From Balanoglossus misakiensis (lineage: Eukaryota > Animalia > Hemichordata), in contig CM082582.2 of NCBI GenBank assembly GCA_040954595.2, positions 3,766,303-3,830,302 of the forward strand: a stretch of DNA of 64,000 nt, in the 5' to 3' direction. A model generated the notes under the pieces. That model was not told where the DNA came from. It worked only from the letters and a program-made list of their open reading frames with translations, and ran no database searches. Position 1 is the stretch's first letter, and each line of letters opens with the position of its first letter. Below are positions 22,901 to 37,384 of the stretch, one piece after another. The translations under genes were made by a program, and so were the position numbers.

Positions 22901-25900
22901 GCTGCCGAAAAAGAGGGAAAAAATAGCACTCAGAAAGAAGGTTTGTCAGCGTTTGTCGTTTGTTTTACCTCACAATTAGCAGTGGACCCTGTGGGATTGA
23001 GAGGCCAACTTTGATGATTACATTACAGCTTCTAATCAGAGTTTTTCTTTTTGCTCCGTCTATGCAGATTGTGTCCATCCACAGCTGCCACTCTGCAAAG
23101 GTCAAACACAGTGGGGCTCATTAGTAAACCCATTTCATTCAGAGAGTTTCTCTGTCTCCCAGGTTTGACACATATGCCAACGGCGGGGCAATCTGTAGAG
23201 ATGAATTTTTAAAATAGTGAGGTCAGGGGTTAAGATGTTTGGGGTAACACATTAGCTTTGTAATGAGGGCTCGTCCTTGACTCAAGGGGATTGGCAACAA
23301 CCCAGTATGCCTGCTTGAGATTTCGACTGTCAAAATGCAGCATGGTCATGTCTCTAGACACACATCAATGCTCAATGTATCAGTTGCCACGGACACAAAT
23401 ATTTAGGGACAACCGTCTCGCTTTCTGATTGTAAATTTTTAATCAGAAACATCTGGCTTTTCTATTTGATTTAACAATAAGCGTTGAATTTTGTCGAGCT
23501 ATCAGTTTCTACAAAAAGCAAACACCGTTGTTGAGAGATACTGCCAGATCGGATCTGCTATGAAATAATAACAAATAATCGCTTACGACATTTTTTATTT
23601 GAAGGCTGCTAATATTTGTTAGTCTGCTATGGTGTTCAAAATGACTTATCATGTGTTCCTCATGTATTTTCATGTATCTTTGACATTACATAGTTCTTTG
23701 TTCTTTCATCTGCTAACTTTGGCAATCTCTTTAAAACTATCATTGGTAAATACCTGGTCTGTGTACCTGTTTCTAGGATGGCTGGTGACATCACATGGTG
23801 TGAGTTTGCATGTTATTTCTTACCTCACTCAATCTCATTTTGTCTTTACTTCAAATATTTTTCACATAGATGTTTTACAGAAATCACCATAAACGAATTT
23901 TGACTCAATTTTAGTCTTTTTCCTCTTTTTACCACAAAACTGAAACCATAATAAAAACAAAAGTTTATAAGTACCAACAGCATGTAGCCTAGTATCTATG
24001 CGTAAAAGTTTTGGAAGCAAAGCATGAACTGTTGTTGGTCTAAGCAAGTTTGGTTGTAACGGATAGGTGACAGTGATAAAATAGTATGACTGCAAGAATT
24101 AAGTACATTTATAATTATAGTAGATGGTTGACAATAGGTTTGGGAAAGAGTCTACAATGTTAAAAATTTTATCTTAATCTTGTCCACCCCTTTTCCCTGT
24201 ATGGAGGGGTCTAACCACACAATTGAAAACAATGGGATTGAACCAAGTTGTGGTGATAAAAGGGATGGTTACATTAGTGGCTCATTTCTTGTTTCAAAGA
24301 TACAGTTTTGGAAATTGTGCATATGATGAACAACTACAAAATGTGAATTAGCTGTTGGTAAACAGCATGAGCCTGAAAGATTCTGAATATTGCAATAGTT
24401 TTCAATATTTTAAATTCCTTTGTGGTTTTGATATATTGAGAATCAATGGTGATTTTTATTTTTTTTAATGTAAAAAGTGATTATTTGTAGTGATATTGCA
24501 GTGATAGATTAGCAGTGACTGTATTTGACTGTTGTGTATCCCGAGACTGCAAGCAGTGATTACAATTGGCTTGCTGGCCACTCATGTGGAACCATGTGTG
24601 TCAATATGCATATTATTTTTTCTCTGGTCGTTCATCATCACGTCCAGACTTTGTGGCTTGAGGGAAAACTACTGTCACTGTCTGTCTGTCAAATTACAAG
24701 ACGGTGTTAGAGCAGAGGGACCCCAGGGAGCACGACCCAGCATTGCTTGCATCAACCCAGAGTGCATATTTTCTACACTTAAGTCGCAGGCTATACTCGC
24801 AGCCATCAATCACACGTTATTTATGTTTCTAGTTGGGAGAGAGTAACTGTAATGATGCCATTTAACAGCAGAAATGATTCAATATTATGGAACGGCCATT
24901 CTCTATGACATCTTTTACTTAGATGTAATTTACATGTTTCTCTGGTAACATTGCAAAGTTTGCCACTGTTGCTGTGGCAACCCAATTACTTGTAATGACA
25001 GCAGTAGAATGAATGGCCAGCCTAATCATCTTTGATCATGTTTTAGTAAGAACTAATTACTATAGCAACTGTAGTAATGTCTTATTTTAGTAATGATCAA
25101 ACTGGGAGCGTAAGAAGTGAATGATAATGCTGCTTGAATGCAAAAATAATCTTGCCTTCCAACCATGCTTTTTTTTCTAGGGTATAAGGCATATGTCATA
25201 ATTAGATTTAGTTCACTGTGTGTGTGTGTGCATTGTTGCGGGCAAATGCCGATGGTCAGAATTTTAAACTGAAAAACTAAGTAAAAACTTCACCATCGTC
25301 AAATTAGCTGATGCCTTCTCATTTTTTTGTTTAATTTTTGTAATGAGCCTCTGGGTGGCAGACGGGACTATTCAGTTATTGTTGTCTGTCAGCACTCAGC
25401 CGATGACCTGGCCGACCCTGGTATATTTCCAGCTCGTCATAACTGTTCTAATGGGGCAGATTGCACAATAAGGCAATTTACGGAGATGCAAGCAGAGTTG
25501 ACCCGGCTGACATTGGGGGGAATCGGGTCTTACGGAGTCCAATTAGCAGGGAGACTAGGTGTCGTACAACCCTACTGCTAGGCATTTGCTCCACATCAAT
25601 CAGGCCTGTCAGGGGGTGCATAAGGCAACAGGTTGTTTGCATTATTCTTCAAGTTTTGCACTGTTGGACAGTACTTTCTAATTTCAATCGCTTGATGGGC
25701 TCTAGGTAGGCCATCTCAGTGTGAGCCGATAATGATTTCATCCACGACACTCTAATTCGTTTCAGCCTCACCGGTTGAATAATTAATATCACACCCACTA
25801 TCGGACTTTCTCTCTCTGTTAATTTTCTATGCCATTTTGCCCATGGTTAAAATTTGTCACCGTGCTACCAGTTTCAATCAATCAAAGCGCTGCCACTGGT

Positions 25901-28900
25901 CATGTCAGATTGAAAAGTCTGCCAAACAGACTTTACACTGCCCTCTGACTGCGGGCTATTGCAAATTATGTCTTTTTCTAGTCACTTCCAATGAAGTCAA
26001 GAATCTGTAATACTGTAGCGCGATGAGATGAATCACTTATGATTTTACAACCCAGGGTCATGTCAGGTCAGCAGTAAGACTTGTCATATTTTTAGTCTAA
26101 AAAACAAGGTAGAAAATCAGTACACAAGATCGTTTACATTTCAAATAAAACACTTTAAAAATAAAAATCCTGATGACATGGTGTCATTATTTCTGTTGAC
26201 TCATTAACAGATTGTCATGTCCTGAAGTCAAATCCAATCAAGTCAAATTTCTAAATGCAACATCAGTAAGTTTGGTATTATAATTATGATAACACAGAAT
26301 TATCATCTTCAATCCCCCGTTTTGAATCCCAGTTTTTTTAGCCAAAATACAAACAATTTCTTTCTGGTAAGATTAGTTGCCGGAGTTGAAACCTGGAGAC
26401 CTTGGATTTTTCTGCGCAGCTAAGCAAAATTTTAAATTTTAAGGATTTTGTGAAAGTGTCTCTTTTCCTTGGGTTGTAGACCCAGAAAATAGAATTAAAG
26501 AAATATGAACTCTCTTCCCCTATGTTGTATCCAAAAGCAATTTACTGGTAGTGTTAGAAACATGTTTTTTTTTATTTTAATTGTAAATGAAAGGAACCAC
26601 TTGAGCCTTATCAGCTTGAGTTGTACATCCTACATGTGGTAGAATCTGCATGGAATTAATATGCATTCTGGACATTTCTCATGAGTTATAATGCAAAAAC
26701 CAGTATACCATTTTATTTTTGTGTGAAAACAACTTTTTTATCAAACAATCTTACATAAAAAAAAGTTATCATTCATTCAATTCAACATTTGCATCTGCAA
26801 ACATTTCATCATACACCACACAGAGTTTACAAAAAAAGAATGCAATTAAGCGTTTAATTGGAGGGAAGTAAGAATTTTCTTTGAAATGTGTAAATTCCTA
26901 TTGGACCATGGCAAAGGTCAAAGTTTAGTCAAATGATTATAAGACCCGGTGTAGTTGAAGCCATGAGAGATGGCTGTATTTCTATACATTGATAATACAC
27001 TTCATAAGCCATAGGAGAGAATTATGAGACTCGTGTAGTCTCTTCTCATCAGGTGTCTAGAGCATTTGCATTTCTATTTGAACGGTAAAAGATGCCAAAA
27101 TATGAGAACAATTAAGCCCCAACACTTTGAGTCCTTGATAATTATATGTGGATATTCTCTGATTACAGAGTATGTATTTTATCTCTTATCATTAATGCAT
27201 TCTCCTATTGCATGCTCCACCAAGTTGATGTAATGTATGTAGAATACACTTGGTATTATGTGCTCCTGCTTCTTCCTAGAAAGTTTGAATTATTCAGAGT
27301 CAAGACTCCATATGTTTTTCTTTTTATGGTGGAAATATCATCTTTCCATCTAAATATTTCATTTGCAAAATCTCAGGTTTCCACCAGATATGTTCAACAA
27401 TAAGTCCTCCAGATTAAAGAACCCCTTAGTACCTCCATTGGGGTTGGAGTGAAATATCACTGGATCTCCTGTCTTTGTGTTGGCGAAATCTTAACGATAC
27501 AATGATAATGATTTCATTAATCGTTTTTTTTTTCTTTGGGGTTCTCTCTCTGCTTTCTTTATCCCGTCTCATCTGCCTTTAGAGGGCAGAGAATTCTCAA
27601 AGATGACAACTTTTCAGCAAGCGAATAAATTGTGTGTATCTTCGCTGTCACATCTTAAACCTGAGCCTTCCCTGAAGTTTGATACAGCGTAGTTTTTGAC
27701 CATGAAATATTTAGTGTAGGTACTAAATATGTGTATCATGTTGTTTGGCCTAAATTTCACCTCTGATATAATCATTAAAACATGAATATATGAAATTGAA
27801 CGTAAGGCCAATTTCAGAAACAAATTGTGAATTTCTCCACTGACTGCTAGTCCCAACATTATTAGTACATGTACTGCAATATAAACTTGCTGATAAAATA
27901 ACAAATCAGAAAAATGTCTTGGTTCAAATGGAAAATAATTCATGAAAATATATTTGTCAAATGTGCAATTTGTATTTTTTGATTTCCATGTAATGTAAAC
28001 AATTAATTTGATATAAAGAAAGAAGGGAGAAAAGCAATAAACTGAATGTCAAAGTTCTAATTCCATGCATTGCCAATCTATCTGGAGAAATCTCCCAAGA
28101 AAAACTCAAAGTTGGTAAAGGTGACGCCAGAACACAACAAGTGCAGTTGGCAATTTGATTATGGTATCACTGATATGGGCAAACTAATTGAAATTCCATC
28201 AAAACGACATGAATTATGACTCCATTTCAGTTATAATAAATGCAAACATGTTTAGAATTAGTATCGTTGAAAGCAACTGACACAGTATGCCCTTTCAACA
28301 GCGCAGTAGCAAGACATCGCTAAGTGATATCTGGCCTTTTTTTTCACCCGGGCTTTCCTCCCGACTGATGAACTATTTTCCTTGCCAGCACAATGCAAGA
28401 TTACTCAGGGATTATCTTGCCGCAAAAAAATCTTCAGCAAATTAAGAAATCCTAGGGTTACCCAGGGTTACTACTTTGTATATATTTGCCCTTAATATCA
28501 AGATTCCATGGCTGGGGTAATCTAGTTGGAGCAGATGTCAGTGTTTCTGAAAGAAAAAAAAGTCAAGTTGTTGGAGTTGGTAAATTTGTGAATCAGAAAT
28601 GCTGATAAGCGAAATTGAAGTGAAGTTGAACACAGTCTATTTATAACATTAGTGTTTTACTTAAAGAGAAATTTGCAAGCAAATGGAGAATTAGAAAATT
28701 GTAGTCGTCTAATGGCATTTCATAGACTTTGATAGCGCTTCAGGCAACAGGAAAAAGTGAGTCCCACAAGAGAGGTGGTCTCATTAACTCTGGAAAATCC
28801 ACAAACTTGCATGAGTGTCACCCTAGGTTTAACCTCCAGTCTGAAATGAATGACATCTGATTTTCCAAAGAGAAGTGTGATTATTTGCTAAAGAAAAGAA

Positions 28901-30468
28901 AGGTTACTTGAAATAAAAGAAAATCGCGGAACACACGGGTTTCCATCATGTAAGTGACAAGGAGCACTCTGCTGTCTGCCTTTTTTCCCCCAACATGAAA
29001 CAAAGGCGCAAGATAACTTGTACATTTCATTGAAAATAAATAAGGGGAATGAAGGAAATGCGTCAGTCTGATTGGAGTTGAAATTAAAGTGCAATACAGT
29101 GCTTGTCAAAGTTACATTGGATATAATTATCCGGCCTTCCTAATTTCACTCGTCACTTTGGGTGAACAAAGGTGATCCGGCTACGATCTCTAGGGTTCTG
29201 ACACTAATAGAGTTGGAATTATTGCCTATGAAAATTAACATGAAAACACAATTAGAAGGCTTTGAGGGGTAATTTTTGGCCCAGATGAAATACTAACGAA
29301 GGAGAGAGGCCATGCAAGGTGGTTGGACTGGTTAATTACGCATGGAGAGAAGAGTCTTGGATTAGGTCGTCAACGATTGCACTGCTCCATTGTGATGATG
29401 TTTGTTAAATTGTATGATATCAACGCTAAATGGCTTTGGCAGAATTTATGAGCGATGTATGCATTGAATTTTTATGAAGCTAACTCGTTTTGATCACATT
29501 GTGATTTCACTTTGAATTTGAATCACAGATTTTCTTTGAAGCTGAGATTTCTAAAAGACATCGCTTGTTCATTTGATTTGAAAATTCTCAATGCAGATGT
29601 TCATTTTCAGCAATCAATACTGAAATTATCTGTAAAGTGAAGCGCTGTAGGAAATGAGGGATGAAATTTAATGAGTTTTGTGTGAACTTGGAGCTGAAAT
29701 TATCCAAGTGTGAAACTTTAGATTTTCACATTGCTATTCAATTGGACTGACCAAAATGAAAGACCGATCGAAATTTGCGCCTAAAACCTTCATTTGGGGA
29801 AGAAGAAAAAAAATTATAATTACATCTTTTTGAATAAATTCATTTTGAAAAAAATCCCATAGTGAAAATGCTAAATCACAGCTATGGATAATTTTTTTGT
29901 TTTTCAGGTCGCTCAGTTTTGTTGCGATTTTACGGGAAAGTGCAGATGATAAATCTGGCGAAGGAATAAATAAAAAAAAGACAATTATGTTCTTTCCGAT
30001 GATAGAAATGATTGAGATGTAATTTAAACATGATATCCCTGAAGACAAATTCAAGATGACCATGTCTCGGGTGAAAAATGAAAGTTTTCTGAGATTGGAC
30101 AGAAGACATAAGGATTTGATGAGCAAATGATTTTTGTACCTCCCTGGGATTGTTGTTAAGCCCAGAATTGCACAATGCATAATAATTAGGGTTATCATCA
30201 AGGTGTTGAATGCAGATAAAGCATATGAAGAAGTGAGCTCGCTTCTGTGGGTGGACAGATCATTTTTTATTTTCATTTATTGATATGCAGCTTGTATGCT
30301 GTAGTTTTGACTTGTACAAGAATGATTGACCTTGGTCAGGTCAGGTCGGGATATGGTTATCAATTTTCTCTGGGTAGCAAAATGAATAATTAAGATTACA
30401 TGTGTTTGTCAATGTTATGCTATCATGGGTATAACTGTGGTGGTGTTACTTGCATTTTCTGTGCTGGC

Positions 30469-30544
30469 TGGTTGGTTGGTTGGTTGGTTCTTGGTTGGTT
30501 GGTTGGTTGGTTCTTGGTTGGTTGGTTGCTTGTTTGCTTGGTTA
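30469..30544. repeat. (TGGT)n imperfect microsatellite
   Basis: Tetranucleotide run; a (GTTT)n run follows at about 30960-30987. Confidence 0.95.
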
Positions 30545-31953
30545 AATGTTTATGTAGATGTATGGTTGGTTGAAGCTGGCTGGTAGATAGAAAGTTGGTA
30601 GAAAGTGTTTATGGTAGAAATATGGCTGAATGAAGCTGGTAGAGATGGTTGGTTGAAAGTTTTTCATGGTAGATGTATCATGGTCAATTAAAGGCCTAAT
30701 AGCTGCCACTTTTTGCATTATTTTCATACTTTTATTTTAGGTATTAGAATCTCCACAAATTCAAAATAGTGTTGTTTGTCAACTTAGAATAAGGAGAAGA
30801 TTGAATTATTTTATCAATTAAAAATATAAAGTGGCAGCTATTGGGGCTTTAACGATGATTTGTAGATAGACAAACTGACTGGTTACTGTGGATGATTGAA
30901 TGCCATCTGATGTCCAGGAAGATGGATAAATTGGTCGAAAATTGAAAGGCTGAAGAATGGTTTGTTTGTTTGTTTGTTTGTTTGTTGGTGGGTAGGTAGA
31001 TAGGCAGATTGTTGATTAAAAGCTTCAGTACTAAGGTACAGCTGTATATGATTCCTTTTTTTAAATCTTTTTTTTTCAAAAAAGAATGGTTGGAAATCAC
31101 TTTGTTGGTTGATAGGAAGAGAGTTGCTTTGGTTTTGTTGAAAACAGTGTTTTTAATGGTTGCTCAAAAGCATAAAATTATGAGAGTTGAATGATTTGCA
31201 TGATGCAACAATATTGGGTTGATTTGATTGGAGGGTTGGTGGTAAACCTTTTGGTGTGGCTTGAGCAGGATTGTGGCACATGAATCACTATTCCGTGAGG
31301 AATGACAACATTTGAAGGGTGACAATTAAATCCTGTGGTTGGAGGTCCGAGACCATCGATTTCTTGCACTGGACGGGACTGCTCTGCCATTTTAATTATC
31401 CCAACTGTGGTATTACTGGGATCGCCAAATTGTCAATATACTGCCAAGAATGGCGTAATATACCAATACAGGGAGCTATCAGTTTACTCAAGTCAATCTC
31501 TCATCTCTGTGGCTAGTGCAGGAAAAACTGTGGGGGTGTCTGATAAGTGATAATGGGGCACCACTGGACAGTCCCTGGAGATCTGTACTCAGCTAAACTA
31601 AACTGATAACTGATTGAGTGAACATATGACAACATTCCCAGCAGTTTCATTAATAAATGCATGGGACAGTTTGGTGTGCCATGTAATACCACCATTCTCG
31701 GTAATGGTTCCACAGTCAAGTGAATAACCGACAATGATGGAGCTGGTCTGTACTAGAGAGTGGGCTGTGGGACTGCTGGACTTATTGATTTGTTAGTTTG
31801 TTCATCCATGGTTCTTTAATATGTTTATAATTATTGGTTGTTTGGTTCCTATAGCCTGCTCAAGCTGTATGTGTATTACATTATTATAATCGAGAACTTC
31901 TGGTGAAATCAAAGGAATGAGATGCTAGTCACATAATGGACCCACCGCAGTGA

Positions 31954-32046
31954 TAAACCCTTTCACCACCATGGTTCAGTCCAAACCCATTGTTTTCTAT
32001 GGTAAGGTTGGACCTCTAAAGAGGGAACTGGGGGTGAAAGGGTTAA
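31954..32046. mobile_element. MITE family B, copy 2
   Basis: aaaccctttcaccaccatggttcagtcc...gggggtgaaagggttaa. Confidence 0.88.
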
Positions 32047-35000
32047 GGCAAATGTATTGGCAAGGTTGGATGATTGTTTTAGCCAACCATACATGTAGTA
32101 AATGGATGTGGATCATGGTGTTTAACTTCTTTGAGTGGTTGGTTAGCCATCCATGGTTGGGGGTATGAATAATATTGATGGTTGGTCAGCAATGGTAGGA
32201 GGTGTGGCCAGTACAGTTGGTTACATGTATGGGTGGATGGGTAATGTTTCTAGAATTTCTTGATTATTGGCCATGGGATACATTTAGAGTTGATATGATT
32301 GGTTAGTTTCCTGGCGGTGGTTGGGGGCATGGATAGTGTTGATGGCTGCTCTTTAATGATTGGTTGATCAGGTTTTAGCATTTGACTCAATTGTTTTTGC
32401 ATCATTCTGCATTATTACGTCAAATGCCAATATTCCACACCCAGGGCACTTAAGCCACGGCCATACACTACAGTGTTTGCCTCTGTTGTTTGGAATACAT
32501 GTACTTTTATGTTGCAGTTGTGTTTGAGCTTTGGCGACAAAGATTACATCAAAGGAAATGCCTTTTTGGAGCTCACGGTGCATTTTCTGAATATAGATTC
32601 ACCAAGTAATGGGCACATATTCATAGACAGGGATTAAATTTTCTGTGTCTGCACAGATCCGAAATACAATGAAATTGATGGAATACTGGGACCACATTCC
32701 TCACAGGAGTGTTTTGTTCAGTCAAATGAAGTGTTCTCATAATTCCCTTATTCATGACAGTTTTGTGTTCAGTTTGTATGAAAGGTTCGTTCCTAATCTC
32801 TGGGAAGAAACTTCACCGATGTATCACAATACATCCAGTTTTCCACAAGGTATATTCAATAGTGATCAACAGTTGACATAATATCCATCAGTTAAATGCC
32901 ATCCAAATTTCAGTCAGGTATTTATTACATTTCCAGAGGTATATAAGGAAATATTTTGAAAAAATAAAAATGTATTGATTACCATGGCGATGGTTCTGAC
33001 TTTGCTTATTATAATTGGAAGTTGTGCTGAAGATGTATCTTTACGCGTCCATCTTGATTGTTGCATAAAATGACTAAGCACTTCCTTTGCAGTTTACAAT
33101 ATCCTTCAAGATTGTACTTTCATTGGCTGTGATGTATGTTTTGAGTGTAAACAGCAGCTGAAGTCTCACAAATTAACTGTCTTGCTTTAGACATTCTTAG
33201 TTTTTTAGCTGCGATTTTAGCCCGTCACGTTTCACACTACATTAGCTTGTCAGTGTTATCTTATAGGTCAGCCCGTACATTACTTTTATAGATCGTTGGA
33301 TGTTTCTGATTTTAATGACACAATAATTAGTTGTGATAACTGGTACAAAATATGGATTTTGATGTCAGAAGTGATTCGGGGTGTTATCAGCGGCACATTG
33401 AGTTCAGATTTCAATCTATTAATAGCCTGTATTGGTTGTAAACTGTGCATTTTAAGTGCTGTTGCAAAAGCGAAGCCTGCTGCTAAGTTAGCATTTACAT
33501 ACCGAAATTTGATGGGTGGTGACTTCACAATGATTAAGTGTGGAGACTATTGTTAGTGGTACAGTATACCACCCCAGTGTGTCTGCTGCAATATATGCCA
33601 AAGGCAACGTGGGCTGATGAATGATTTTTCGAAGGATTTATGGCATGCGATGTTCTTAGAAATTAACAAATTACTTGTTTTTATACAGGGGGAGTCAGTC
33701 AGCCAATAACTGCTGATATTTTGAAGAGTGAACTCTGATGAAAGATTTCGTGTTGATGTCGTCTCAGGGCCGGTAGTGGAGCAGGAAACACATCATCTTG
33801 ATGAAACCTCATGATTGTCAACTAATCTTTGCGTGTGATTACAGGCAACAGGAAACCATTGAGGAATGAAAAGAACAAAAACAAGATGCCGCCTTCATAT
33901 TTATGATGAGTTGCTTCAGGATCATCAGGGGGCCATCATCAGTTTAATCAGTTTGGTTCATAACAAGGACAGGGATAGGGGGATTTTTTTTCTGCGGATT
34001 AAAATGAAAATGAACTTTTCAAAGGGATTTCTCTGAGAAGGCAGCACACTAGGGTGTCATAATAAGCGGCTGGGAATTAATCTTATGAGAGAAATTAACG
34101 CATGCCCCAAGAATGTGATATATTATTGAGGACTAGCTGTATGGAGAAAAAAAAAATCAGGGCTCAATTTAGTTTTCTCTTCAACTCGATGATGCATCGG
34201 AGTTAAACGACTCTTGTTGTAGTAATACAGTTAGTAAAATAAAGGCTTAGATTGATTAAAAAAGGGCCCTGTACATCAACAGTGTATTATGAAATAAAGC
34301 AAAATGGTGGGTCTGCACCTTTCACAGGAAATCCTACTAAGTCCACTACTTCCTGATCTGAAGCTTTTAGTGCAATGAGATGATCTGATCTAAGACACAA
34401 TGAGTCTGCATGTCACGGATGACGGATTTGACTTTAGTGCAAGTTTACTACTAATTGCTACAGTTATTACAGCAGTAAAGTCTGTGTATATACAAGCGTA
34501 GGCAAGTTGTTGCAGAATAAATTATTCACATCTGGATGCACATTGAATTCATCACAGTTTACTTTCACTCGGAGGTTGGTACACTACTCCTAAAATCAAT
34601 GATGTCAGACATTTTTATAACTATCTTGACCCGTATAGGGATTGTATTTTAATTTCTTGATTTTTAATTTATGCTGATGATTTAGAATGAAATAAGAGGG
34701 TTTCTTTTTACCTTTCAAGTTCTTGGTTTTAGCTCAGGAGGGTTATGTATCCATGAAAGTGTGAATTGTTTCCTTTTTACAGACAATACATACAGTTGTA
34801 TGTTTGTCTGTGATATTGACATAATGTACAAATATACATGTATTGTATTGGATGGCTGATGGGAAATCTGCTGGCCATCCTGTAAGTAAGTTTGTGTGGT
34901 AAACTCATTGAATTTGTTGGCACTGAATTCATGTGCATAGTTTGTGGGCAAGTCGGTTGGTTCTGACTCAAATGCTGATCGTCTGTTAATTGAACATAAG

Positions 35001-36193
35001 ATTACGGTCATTGCCGGGTGAATTATTTTAACTATACAACCCTCTCTTGACTATAACCGTGCATGCATATCCGACCAAAAAGAAAAAATGTTATTGACTT
35101 CAAAAAGTGCATCAGTTTATACGTCATCTTCTGAACAGGGTAACAGGTCATTTGCCTGCAAGTTCATTGCACAATGTGAGGCTTTATGTGTGGCAGACCC
35201 AAGAACTAGAAGATTAGATGGTGGGATACACCACAAGTGGTTGGTAGATTTAATGTATTCATCAATCGATGTAGGTGGTAAATGTGTTTGGTCAGAGAAA
35301 GTTAGTGGTTAAAAAAATTGATAAGTGCAGATAGTGCATGTATAGAATGATCAATGTAGTTGACTGTGGTCAGTGGATCTGACCTATGATCTGGTCAGTG
35401 CAAATGATCTACGCGCAGATGCATGATAGATGATAATTATGTCAATACATACACTAAAATAGATTGATTTGAAGGGGGAAATGGCAGACAGGTTTGAAAT
35501 TTTCTGCTAGTTGGAGATTAGATTAGATTTCTTGATTGTTTGGTCAGTCTCCTTCCAGACCAGAGGATTGGTTCTATATCTCCAAAAATGAAGTTGTAGG
35601 TTTGACTGAGTGTATCCCAAATTGTAGAATCTATTGCTGATGAGAATGTCTGAAATGACTAGTGTATGGTCCTTATTAGCCCTGATAAGTGCATGTAGTA
35701 ATCTATCAGAAACAATCAACGTATTCACTCTTACTACTAGTATTCAGTTTACTGGGGAGTAAACTTGTCTGCTGTCAGTGGCAAGATCCCTGAAACAAAC
35801 ACATGGGGAGGCAATGGGGATCCCTAGTTCAACTTGGATGAGCAAGGCAGAAGTCTGGTGGACAAAATTAATGTGCAATCAGGGTTTTTGATTTTTTGGT
35901 CGTAATTCAATGTGATAAAATGTAATGAACATTGTTTTTCAACTCGGTTTGCTTAATGGAACATATAAGCTGAGATGGTGTTTTTTGACAAGTGGAGACC
36001 TTATAGGTTCAACGTACACATGTTGGATTAATTGGTTATTGCCATTCCAAAAGTACATTATAGTCCAAAGATTCGGTGCAAAAATTTCAAACAAATAATT
36101 AAATGAGGAATTCAAGTTTAAGATGTCCGAAGACTCTTAATAGCCACAAGAAGTTCAGTAGTTGATGATAAATGGCAACACAATTTGTGGCAA

Positions 36194-36408
36194 TACTGTA
36201 AAACGGGAAATTTTCGCAACAGGAAATTTTTGCGATATCAAAAGAGGCAACTGTTACGCGAGGATTAATTTTCGCGTTCTCTTATTTCATTTACTGCATC
36301 GTTATCTCCGAAAAACATTTTTACGCGACTTTTTTATTTTCACGTTTTTTTGGCTCTCGCGTATTTCGCGAAAATGTATTGCTTGCGAAAATAAAGTGTT
36401 TTACAGTA
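36194..36408. mobile_element. MITE family A, copy 2
   Basis: tactgtaaaac...gttttacagta; CpG-rich interior shared with the other copies. Confidence 0.88.
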
Positions 36409-37321
36409 TATGAGTGGCACTTACCATCATATAGGCTGACTTTCTACTTGCTGGTATCTACATGTGTTTGAATTGTAACAAGGGGACAGTATGTGCCAGT
36501 ACCATAGATTGCATTGTACACAGCAGTGAATAAATGACACAATTTATCATTTCTCCCGTCATAACTTAATAGTCTTTTCAAAATCAAACAATCTTTGAAT
36601 CCATCTTGCCTTTCCATTCTCCATCTTCACTCTCACAGACACAATTACACATATCGTCTTACATGATTCCATGATCTTCATCTCAAACACTGATACTGGT
36701 ACAGTCAAACTATTAAGGTCACATATGGGTAGATTTCTCTATAAAACATTTTTTTTTAAATTTGTGTTTTTTTGACCTCATTGACCTTTATTTCACACAC
36801 AAAATTGTATTTGCATAAAGAATATTCGACATCACTGAAGAAAGAAACTTCAGAGTTTTAGAAATGCGATGAAATTGAGCGCATTTTAGAAATTGCTATT
36901 ACTATTAATTGACCAGGTTTTCAATGACAGAGAGTACTTTTTTTTCCCTCCCGATTCGTCAAAACAGATACAATTCTTCTGACAATTGATGAATTGGGGG
37001 CATTTACAAACTTTCCTGTTGATAATACCCTGTCAAATGGACACAAGGAGAATGCAATTGGCGACATATGTTCGTGGACTGATCTTGTGGTTTTTCTAAT
37101 TGATGTCTGTTTGAGCACACTGGTGACTTGGGCCGTTCAATTGTCTTGCCGGGAACCTTATGAAAAAAACATGACTAGGAAATAACGGCGAGTGTGAAAT
37201 CTGATGACAGAGTGACGTCTGACTTGTAACAAATTTGATCGCAGCTGAGTTTTTTGCTTTCAAAACAGATGCTCAACAATTAAGACACTGACGTGATATC
37301 TTATTTCCTTTGTCCTTGCAG

Positions 37322-37384
37322 ATGATGAGACTTGTGGCCGGCAAATTGGAGTCGGAAAATGAATGGCTGCAAGAAAGTGAACAG
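37322..37384 (+). CDS. Uncharacterised coiled-coil protein, exon 3
   Basis: Not in the ORF track. Strong acceptor ttatttcctttgtccttgcag, donor CAG|gtaatg; 63 nt, phase 0/0; MMRLVAGKLESENEWLQESEQ continues the helical pattern. Confidence 0.75.

Noticed and set aside
29734-30276. 180-aa minus-strand ORF
   Set aside because: I/L/F/S-biased translation of AT-rich, probably repeat-derived DNA; no motif or splice support.
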